A stretch of DNA of 64,000 nt from an uncultured Christensenellaceae bacterium (GTDB lineage: Bacteria > Bacillota > Clostridia > Christensenellales > UBA3700): positions 128,368 to 192,367 of the forward strand of contig CALWHJ010000002.1 of NCBI GenBank assembly GCA_944380355.1, given 5' to 3'. The translations under genes were made by a program, and so were the position numbers. The number at the start of each line of letters is the position of its first letter. Position 1 is the first letter of the stretch. Below the pieces are notes generated by a model, which saw only the letters and a list, made by a program, of their open reading frames with translations, was not told the origin of the DNA and ran no database searches. Below are positions 37,691 to 46,200 of this stretch, piece by piece.

Positions 37691-38216
37691 GGCGACCGCG
37701 TATAGCGGCGCATATTTTGCCTTTATCTGCGACGCTCGCGCTCAGTTACATACGCAAAGTATGCGCCTGTCGCGCTCGGTCTGGAAAAGACAAACTCTGC
37801 ACCACTCTACGCGGTCGCACGAAGTTAGTAATAAGGCAAGGCGGCGCGTCTTTGCGAATTTTCGCGAGCAGTTACGCTCGGTCACGTACGCTTAGTACGC
37901 TCCGCTCGCGAACTCTCTTAAAATTCACAAAATCACACCACTCTCCGCGGTCGCACGTAGTTAGTAATATATCGGCGCATATTTGCGATTGCTCGGTCAC
38001 GTACGTCTAGTACGCTCCGCTCGCGAACTCTCTTCAAAATCGCTATTCTGCACTAATCTCCGCGCTTGCACAGAGTTGGTAATATAGCGGCGCATATTTT
38101 GCCTTTATCTGCGACGCTCGCGCTCAGTTACATACGCAAAGTATGCGCCTGTCGCGCTCGGTCTGGAAAAGACAAACTCTGCACCACTCTCCGCGCTCGC
38201 ACGAAGTTTAATAATA
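37691..38216. repeat. Four tandem degenerate ~115-135-bp repeat units; units 1 and 4 are near-identical
   Basis: 37701-37826 and 38083-38208 are identical except at 37809/38191 and 37814/38196. All units share AGCGGCGCATATTTGC, GCTCGGTyACrTACGC-N3-GTAyGC and CACCACTCTnCGCGGTCGCACGnAGTTAGTAATAT. Unit 1 is bracketed by an 11-bp inverted repeat, gcgaccgcgta (37692-37702) and tacgcggtcgc (37808-37818). Confidence 0.9.
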
Positions 38217-38475
38217 TCTCTTTTTTTATTATCGTATATGCGCAATTGAGAGCGATATACAGGTATTAAATATATTAATATATTATAATATAATAATTTA
38301 TACAATTTACATAAGGCTTAAATTGTATAAATTAAGTTTCCAACGCGTGTATACGTATATGTGCGGGCATATATACGCACATTTTGCGCGCAAGTGGAAT
38401 TTATATCAGTTTGAAAACAGTACCGACAAACGGTTATATTTGCTTGTCGAATATACACCGTTTCGTTTGCGCCGT

Positions 38476-38610
38476 AATATAGCGGCACGCCTAGCGCCTT
38501 TTATTGCGATATTCTTGCTCGGTTACATACGCAAAGTATGCGCCCTTCGCAATCAATCTCAAAAAGCCGTTATCCTTACCACTCTATTACGGCTTTGTCG
38601 GTATAGAGCG
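38476..38610. repeat. Fifth, more diverged copy of the same repeat unit (a further terminal-motif fragment lies at ~38719-38750)
   Basis: It contains aatatagcggcacgcc...ttgctcggttacatacgcaaagtatgcgcc...taccactctattacgg. The fragment ccgctctacgcgctcgcctaattgg near 38719-38750 resembles the unit's 3' motif. Confidence 0.7.
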
Positions 38611-38819
38611 AACCCGACGTCTTGCCTTACGCTTTCGATACCTCGTAAGCGTAGGTATTCTGTCGAGGTGAGCGAACCGTAACTGCCGCGGGCGTACCGC
38701 GGACAAAAGGAAAAGGTGTGCCGCTCTACGCGCTCGCCTAATTGGAAAATTTTGTGCATTGCCCTCCCCCGCCCTCCTCTGTTAAAATGTAAGTACAAAA
38801 GACAAAGGAGGTCGTATAT

Positions 38820-39677
38820 ATGAAAAGACTGACGAAAACAAGTATCACCGTTTTGTTGTGTACGCTTATTTGCGCCTTTACTTTTGCGGCGTGCGCGACT
38901 CCTGCAGGTGAAAAAGACTGGGTTGTGGACTGGGATAAGTTCCAGCCCGAGGGCGGACTTCCCTCTCTTCCCGAAGACGGCTCGGGAGATGAGGAAGAAA
39001 CTCCCGACAACGAAGATACGCTAGCTCCCGCCGTAAGCTATTCGTATATGATTAAGAGCAATACGTCATCGCTCAATATCCGTTCTGCGCCGAATACCGG
39101 GGCTGCGGTAGTAGGTAAAATGGACAAAGGCGATATGTTGCGTTTTGAAGGCGAATCAAACGGTTGGTATAAGACTGTGTATAAACAAAAGACGGCATAC
39201 GTCTATGCGGGTAACAGCTATGCCTACATAGTGAAGATGACTCAAAGCAACGAAAAGGTTGAGAGTGTAATCGCGATAGGCGAGACGCTTATGGGATATC
39301 CTTACGTATGGGGCAGTCAGCGTTATCACTGGGGCAACGGAAAGCTTAATACCAATTTTGTGCAAGGAGAATACGATTGCTCGGCGTTAATGCAGTATAT
39401 ATATTATCACGGAGCAAACATAAACCTCGATCTGACTACGCGTACTCAGGTGCTGCAAGGAAGAGAGGTTGCAAGCGGGGATTTGCAGAGAGGCGACTTG
39501 ATGTTTTTCACTAATTCGTCGAGGTATAATCTCAGCGGAGTTGAAAGAATAGGTCACGTCGCGCTTTATCTCGGAGATAACTACATACTGCATACGGCAA
39601 GCGATTTTGCGGTAATCGAAGAGATTAGCAGCACGAGATGGAAGTACTTTATAGTAGCAAAGAGATTTGTATACTGA
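38820..39677 (+). CDS. SH3b plus NlpC/P60 (C40) cell-wall endopeptidase lipoprotein
   Basis: The lipobox is FTFAAC. The SH3b-like stretch is LNIRSAPNTGAAVVGKMDKGDMLRF..NGWYKT. The catalytic motifs are YDCSALMQYIYY (Cys) and GHVALYLG (His). The RBS is aaaggagg. Confidence 0.88.
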   Translation: MKRLTKTSITVLLCTLICAFTFAACATPAGEKDWVVDWDKFQPEGGLPSLPEDGSGDEEETPDNEDTLAPAVSYSYMIKSNTSSLNIRSAPNTGAAVVGKMDKGDMLRFEGESNGWYKTVYKQKTAYVYAGNSYAYIVKMTQSNEKVESVIAIGETLMGYPYVWGSQRYHWGNGKLNTNFVQGEYDCSALMQYIYYHGANINLDLTTRTQVLQGREVASGDLQRGDLMFFTNSSRYNLSGVERIGHVALYLGDNYILHTASDFAVIEEISSTRWKYFIVAKRFVY

Positions 39678-39761
39678 TGTAGTTATACAAATTTCCAATC
39701 TTTAAAATCGGAAGGCAAAAGGCGCAGATACAAGCATAGCCTTACCGTAAAGACAGTGACA

Positions 39762-39795
39762 AAATGCCGCCCGTGCAAGCGGGCGGCTAATTTTA
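39762..39795 (+). terminator. Rho-independent terminator
   Basis: gccgcccg (39766-39773) pairs with cgggcggc (39780-39787) and is followed by taatttta. Confidence 0.65.
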
Positions 39796-40477
39796 TAAGC
39801 GGCTATTCAAACTTAAAAAAAGTTAAGGAGGGATTGGCTTTAAAGGGCGTCGGTAAAGCTTAATATCAATAAAATATCAACGCTTTGAATCGCAAAATAA
39901 AGCATATATTTGACTAAAATTTTATGGACATAACGGTTGTGAAAAACAAGAGGGATTAACTTTGTTTTACGTTCGTGAGCGCGTATCGGTGCGCGTAAAG
40001 AAAATTGCCGCTCTAAGATTGCGTCAAAAATAAATGTTTCAGGTAGAGAAAAGGAGATGGTTTATAAACGTTTACTTCATCTGTTACCGTCTATTTTTAT
40101 TGCAAACGGTATATAAAAACAGAAGGTGGAGAATATATCAGTAAATAAAGCGGTTTTTGATAAATTAGCGGGCTAGAGAGGTGTTTTTCGATAGGCGCAA
40201 AAGAGACGACGAAAATGCGGGCGCCGATACCAAAACAGATTTGCAAAAAACGCAAAACTTTTGTCCGGGTTTTTCTGAAATAGGACAGAGAGATATTGAC
40301 AATTTTATTCGTGTTCAAAACAAAATCGCTACAAGTTTGAAAAAACTGCGTTTGACAGGAGAATAAAATATTCACAAAACGGATATCAATTCAATGTAAT
40401 AAAATGATTTTTTTACACGCTTAACGTAAGAGCTTTGCGTCAAGCGGGATATAGTTTGATACTGTTTTATTTTGTTA

Positions 40478-40507
40478 TTGCTAAACCGTTAAATGGTGTG
40501 TTATAAT
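40478..40507 (+). promoter_or_regulatory. Candidate extended -10 promoter of the two-component operon
   Basis: TTGCTA at 40478-40483, an 18-nt spacer ending in TGt, TATAAT at 40502-40507. Confidence 0.5.
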
Positions 40508-40554
40508 AATTGTAAACAATAATTGTTTGCCGACAATGCTCGGCGGAGGTACGT

Positions 40555-41229
40555 ATGAAATTTTTGGTTATAGAAGACAATATCAATCTTAATCAGAGCA
40601 TCAGAGATTGTTTGGGAAAACTCGGCACGAGCGACGCCGCTTACGACGGCCTCGAGGGGTTGTATATGGCTGAGTCAAACACTTACGACCTCATTATTCT
40701 CGATTTGCTTCTTCCTAAGAAAAACGGTTTTGAAGTATTGCAGGAACTCAGAAAAAAGAGTACCTGCCCCGTAATCATTCTTACCGCGCTCAGCAGCACG
40801 GATAAGAAAATCGAAGGACTTAAGCTCGGTGCGGACGATTATCTTCCCAAGCCTTTCGACAGAGACGAGCTTGTAGCCAGAGCAGAAGCCGTATTGAGAA
40901 GATACAACAATAATTTTCATACCAAATACACTTATGACAACATTGAGCTTGATTTTGCCAACAAGATGTTCAAGGTCAACGGCGAATACGTCAAGCTTGC
41001 CGGCAAGATGTACGATATAGTCGAATATCTTATCCGCAACCGCAATATTATCATTCCCAAAGAGCAGCTTTTCAACAGAATATGGGGCTTCGACAGCGAT
41101 ACCGTAATAACCGTTATAGAAGTTTACGTGTCCAATCTCCGCAAGATTCTTGAAAAGTACGGTTGCAAGGATTATCTCAAGACGATAAAAAATATCGGCT
41201 ATATGTGGAGAGAAAAGGTTGAAGATTGA
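40555..41229 (+). CDS. OmpR/PhoB-family response regulator
   Basis: The receiver domain is MKFLVIEDN...DLIILDLLLPKKNG...ILTAL...KLGADDYLPKPF. The winged-helix output is EYLIRNRNIIIPKEQL...VYVSNLRKIL...IKNIGYMW. Confidence 0.92.
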   Translation: MKFLVIEDNINLNQSIRDCLGKLGTSDAAYDGLEGLYMAESNTYDLIILDLLLPKKNGFEVLQELRKKSTCPVIILTALSSTDKKIEGLKLGADDYLPKPFDRDELVARAEAVLRRYNNNFHTKYTYDNIELDFANKMFKVNGEYVKLAGKMYDIVEYLIRNRNIIIPKEQLFNRIWGFDSDTVITVIEVYVSNLRKILEKYGCKDYLKTIKNIGYMWREKVED

Positions 41230-42481
41230 GGATAGCGGCAGAAAGACGCCTATAGACAAGAATACAATGTTTAGTATACTAAACATTGTAATTCCTTTTA
41301 TCATTTTTCTTTTATCCACTATTTTAATTATTCAGATTTGGAAAAATCAATTGATGAGCGATTTGACGACGCGAACAAAGACGTACGGCAAGGAATTCGG
41401 TACTACTAAAATTCTTACGCGCTCAGAAGCTGCTACGCTTACAGATACGTGGTACGTCATATATTACGGTGCAGACGGAAAAAGACTTGACGACAAAGGG
41501 CTGGGTAGTCAGTCTGTCGATGGTATTCCTGAGCGTTACGTGCCGATAAAAGACGAGGGTGTATACGATATAAACGGGGAAAGTTATATTGCGCTTTCGA
41601 TGGATGTTGTTAAGGAAAACGAATACGGTGCGGCGCATTTGATGATTTTCAGAAATATCGAGAGCGAAAACGCGATATTCGAGAAAGGAACAGCCATATC
41701 CATTACAATAATGTTGCTGGCAATGGGACTGGTAATAGTCTTTGCTGCGATAATGAGTAAATACCGAATTCGTCCATATAAAAAACTCGTTGCGAGCAGC
41801 AACAGAATGATATACGATATATCGCACGAACTCAATACTCCGCTTGCTGTAATCAAGACTAACGTAGACAATATTCTTGCGCATTCGGACAAGAGTATAG
41901 AAGACAGTTCTGACAAGCTGATGGTAATTCTTGACGAAGCTACGAGAATGAAGAGAATGGTGCGCGATTTGCTTGAATTGTCGCGCTCGGACAACAACAG
42001 AGTTGTTGTAAACAAGACGTACTGCAACGTATCGCAGTTATTGCAGGATTTGGTCGAGCCTTTCGAACTGATGTGCGAGATGGACGATAAGACGTTTATA
42101 TCGGATATTGCGCCAAACATAATGGCGACTACCGATGCTGATAAAATAAGGCAGGCAGTAATGATTCTGCTTGACAATGCAGTTAAATACACGCGCAAGG
42201 GAGATGCTGTAATCATACAGGTGCGTCATACGTCTACAAAAGTGCACGTAAGCGTGGCTGACACGGGGCAAGGCGTAAGCGATGAGGATTTGGAAAAGAT
42301 ATTCGACAGATTCTATCGTGCCGATAATTCGCGTACGCAATCTACCGGCGGCAGCGGACTTGGTTTGTCGATAGTTAAGTCGATAGCGCAAACTTTAAAA
42401 TGGGACGTACACGCAAGCCATAATTCTCCTCACGGGTTTAGAGTAGATATAGAGATGGATAAGACCGGCGAAAATAGCTGA
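41219..42481 (+). CDS. Sensor histidine kinase (HisKA plus HATPase_c) with two TM helices
   Basis: The H-box is ISHELNTPLAV. The N-box is LLDNAVKYT. The G-boxes are DTGQGVS and GGSGLGLSIVK. The TTG start at 41219 overlaps the regulator's stop. An alternative ATG lies at 41267. Confidence 0.88.
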   Translation: MKIEDSGRKTPIDKNTMFSILNIVIPFIIFLLSTILIIQIWKNQLMSDLTTRTKTYGKEFGTTKILTRSEAATLTDTWYVIYYGADGKRLDDKGLGSQSVDGIPERYVPIKDEGVYDINGESYIALSMDVVKENEYGAAHLMIFRNIESENAIFEKGTAISITIMLLAMGLVIVFAAIMSKYRIRPYKKLVASSNRMIYDISHELNTPLAVIKTNVDNILAHSDKSIEDSSDKLMVILDEATRMKRMVRDLLELSRSDNNRVVVNKTYCNVSQLLQDLVEPFELMCEMDDKTFISDIAPNIMATTDADKIRQAVMILLDNAVKYTRKGDAVIIQVRHTSTKVHVSVADTGQGVSDEDLEKIFDRFYRADNSRTQSTGGSGLGLSIVKSIAQTLKWDVHASHNSPHGFRVDIEMDKTGENS

Positions 42482-42517
42482 GTCGGTATAACGTTATAAT
42501 TTAAAATAAATATGTAT

Positions 42518-42545
42518 AAAAGGCGTCTTCGGGTGCCTTTTTTCC
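42518..42545 (+). terminator. Rho-independent terminator with a UUCG loop
   Basis: aaaggcgtc-ttcg-gggtgccttt is followed by ttt. Confidence 0.6.
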
Positions 42546-43107
42546 GTCTTGTATATAAGCGGTTGCGGCTTTAGCGGCATCTATACTTATGATAATATGT
42601 TATTCTGTTACATTCTGTATTGACTATCCATATATACTTATAAAACAAGTATACAAATAGCTGATACAGGAATAGAAATTGATAAAAAACCGGCTTGTTT
42701 TTTGACCGATTATTTAAAAATGCGTCGGCACTGCTTGCTGATGTGGCAGAGTGATTTTGTCGATTAAACAGTGCATATTTTTGCACTATTTTGTCCATAA
42801 AAATCAATAAATGTTTCGATGCTTATAACAAAGATTTTTTCAGAAGCAAATATAGTTGCAGTTTGACGAATTGAGTAATATTAGCTTAAACAATGAATGG
42901 TTTGACGACAGGGAGGATATTTGTCCTCATTGGTTTAGTGTGTAGTAAATTAAAAAATAGAAAAATTTTTGCAAAAATTAAGGATTGTTTAAGTTTTATT
43001 AATGTAAAATTTATGTAAAATCATTAAAAAATTCTATCTGCGTAAAACGCACTCAAAACGCATAAAAGTCCATTTTTCGCGCTAAGGAAAAGGTTCATTT
43101 TTTAAGA

Positions 43108-43142
43108 CTGTATTACTTTCTGTATTACGAAAGTGCTATATA
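43108..43142 (+). promoter_or_regulatory. Direct repeat CTGTATTAC-N3-CTGTATTAC abutting an extended -10 (TGcTATATA): candidate regulator-dependent promoter of the giant-protein locus
   Basis: The repeats lie at 43108-43116 and 43120-43128. TG is at 43134-43135 and TATATA at 43137-43142. No canonical -35 is present, and the repeats occupy the -35 position. The element is ~100 nt upstream of ATG 43246. Confidence 0.4.
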
Positions 43143-43245
43143 TAAAGAGGACAAAATGTTTTTTAAGTTTTTTTTAAGGTAGCGTTTTTAAAATTAGTGT
43201 GCACTATAACACTATAAATTTACTAATATAGGAGAGGAAATTATT

Positions 43246-46200
43246 ATGAGAAAATCTAAACTTATAGTTTTGACAATTTTAGTGATGATTTTTGTTCTCG
43301 CGCTCTCGTCGCTTTTTGCGGCGTGCGACCTCTTCGGCAATGGAGAAGAAAATCCTAGCGGAGACGTAAGCGGCGACGAAAATCAGGGACCGCCTGTCGG
43401 CCCTGTCGGCCCTGACGGTCCCCCCGACGACGGTGACGAAGACGAGGAGGGCGAAGTGCCTGCCTATATGTCGCCGAATGACGCCTTGAACAAGATTGCC
43501 AACGGTGCCGACAGTCCTGAAGAAGATACGATGAGTGTCGACTTCGAGGTAAAAATCGACAAGCCTGATACCAACGAGATAATAACCTTGTTGTTCCAGG
43601 TCAACTTGTTTGATACTGTCAAAAACGAGTTGGTGCTCGGCGTATATCTGCAGGGCAAGGACCAGCCTGACGAAAGCAGAGCTATGAAATTTGCTCTCTA
43701 CGTAGTCGACGGCAAGGCGTACTTAGACCTCGGAAAAGACGAACTCGGCAATGACAGAGCGTTGTTGTATTTGTCGGACTTCGATATGAATTATCTCATC
43801 GCTATGATGAAGGAAAGTCCTGAATTGTTCAGCGAATTGATTACGATGCTCAACGATTTGATGGCCGAAAAAGTAGGCTTGACGATAGATGACGTATTGA
43901 ATCTTGTAATAGGTTTGCTTTTTGAGGACCCTGTCGCTACTTACAATTCGGAGACCAAGGTACTCGAAAACATACGTATGAAGATTAAGCTCAGAGATTT
44001 GCTGCAAAACGCAAGCGGTATTCTGGGCGCGTTCGATTTGGGCGACCTTCCTTTGGATTTGAATATAATATTCAACTATCTCCTCGAAGTAGTACCTCAA
44101 GCAGATTTTTATATCGACGCAGACTTTGACGTAGACGGAAAACTTACCGATTTGGATTTGGATTCGGTAGCTCACAGTGACGGAGCTACAAACAAAGTTC
44201 AATTGTCTTTGGACCTAGGCAATACTCCCTGCGATATGAATATTCCCGCAATTGACGAAATGGAGATAAGCGAATTTTCGCTTACGAATATTAATTTCAC
44301 AATTGACTTTACTCTCGGAACGAGAATTAACCCCGACGGATCTAAGACTCAGCTTGACGTAGGTAAGATTATCAACGGCTTTATGGGACAAAACATATTG
44401 CCTCTCGACGTATTGTTGCTCGAAGGCAGTACGGGATTGAGGTTGAAATTCGCATTGGATCTCGATCTCAACTATGACAGAAAGCCTGTCGACAACAACA
44501 AGATTGCCATCGAACTCTATCTTATCGACCAGTTCGGTAATTATCAGGAGCTCGAGGGCGATCAACCCGTACCTCAAATGGGCATTTACTATACCGAAGG
44601 CAGCTTCTATCTCAATCTCGACAGATTGCTTCCCGACTATATGAAGGGTGTTAACCTTAAGGTTAATGCAGGTTTGTCCGACCTCATCAATGCGCTCGTT
44701 GACCTTGTTACCGAAGCGATTGACGGAGTATTCGGCACTAGCTATGACGATATCAAAAACGGCAATCTCAATGTGGAAGTCGAGGATAACGGACAACTTT
44801 CCACCACTTCCGGGGCTGACGTACTCAAGCTTCTTTCCAGCGCAAAAGCAAGCGGTACTTCCGTAGTTGCTCTCAGCGAGGGAGAGGACGGCAAGATTTA
44901 CGTATCTGCAGGAGTGCAGAGATTTGTACAGGTTATCGGCGAATTGCTGATGTTGCCTGAGAATATAGTTGCGGACAATGACTCAATCGACATTATTCTC
45001 AACAATGATTTCCTTTCTTCGCTCAATAATTTGCTTAAGAGCGAAACCAATCCTCAACCTATAAACTTTGCTTTCCCTGATTATATCGGAGATATAGTCC
45101 TCTCTATCAATTTCTCGGATATAGGTCTTGACAGCGTCAAAGTAAACGCTGCGGTTCTCGACGGTGAGAGCGACCCTGCGTTTGACGTAGAACTCAAGAT
45201 ATGGGATTTCCTCATCGGAACGGCAAAAGAAAATCTCAGCGTATATATTGCTGACAGAGTAAACCTTGACAATACGAGTTATTTCGACTCACTGTTCACC
45301 GTCGACAACGAAAGAAAAGGTTTGATTGACAAGATACTCGGCGGAATTACTATGAGCAGCAGATTTACTCTCAACTTCAACAAGGGTACTTATGACCTTG
45401 CTCCTTTCATTGCAGGTTTCGGAGTAACTCAGCTTGCTCAGACCGAGATGCTGTGGACGTTTAACGAAAACTTTACTTTGGACGCTCAGCTCAACATACA
45501 GATATCGCTTGACAGCATAGACGCGTACAACAGTCAGATAGTGGTAGAACTCAAGACTCTCGAAGGTATAAAAGTCGGCGGTACTACTATTATTCCTGCA
45601 GATAAGGTTATATTGGGAATTTACGGATATCACAACCAGATATTCATAGATTTGTCCAACTTCAAGATTGCAAGCATAACCTTGCCTAAGCTCAGCTTCT
45701 CGCTCAACTTTACCGATTTGGTATACAATCTGTTGGGCTCGACTTTGGGTGACCTGCTCGAGGGAGCCGGAATGGACAGCAATTTGCCTTTTGACTTTGA
45801 CCTCGTAGAGCTTCTCGGTCTTAACAAGACGCCCGGAGAAAGCGCAGACGCTTCTGCGGCAGCTACGGCATATCTTACAGACCAGACCTCTGGTACGACG
45901 GGTGACGGAACCGTTCCCGAAATACCTGAAGAAGAGTTGCAGGCAATTATTTTCGGTCTTAACTGCGACAAGATATACGCAACCGTATCTCTTGCTGCTA
46001 TACTTTCCATTCTTTCTCAGACTCAGACAGAACTCGGACAGACTATAGCCGAGGCGTTGAGCTTGATGGAACTCAGTCTCAGCTTCCAGATGGGCAGAAA
46101 GAACGGCTTTGAATTCCATTTTGCAGGTGAATTGATACCTATGCAGGACGCTGAAGGCAACGCCGTATACTACTATGACGCAGAGGGTAACAGATTGCCT

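Noticed and set aside
37669-38682. ORFs of 113, 67, 66 and 119 aa inside the repeat array.
   Set aside because: The peptide sequences repeat exactly with the DNA repeats (IAAHILPLSATLALSYIRKVCACRARSGKDKLCTTLR appears twice). They are low-complexity and lack RBSs, so they are products of the repeat and not genes.
37691-38750. The possibility that the repeat array is a CRISPR locus.
   Set aside because: The units are 115-135 bp and degenerate, rather than 24-48-bp near-identical repeats separated by unique spacers. No cas genes are in the window.
38476-38819. A c-di-AMP (ydaO-yuaA) riboswitch upstream of the NlpC/P60 gene.
   Set aside because: The genomic context is right, and short strings (ACCCGAC, CCUCGUAAGCG) resemble parts of known examples as I remember them. 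However, the conserved GGGG/ACGGGG cores are absent, and so is a closing P1 helix spanning the whole element.
40056-40366. Small ORFs in the 860-bp gap upstream of the two-component operon (a 19-codon ORF after aaggag, and a 61-aa GTG ORF).
   Set aside because: The SD-to-start spacing is essentially zero for the first ORF, and the second has no SD. There are no recognisable motifs, so there is not enough support to call a gene.
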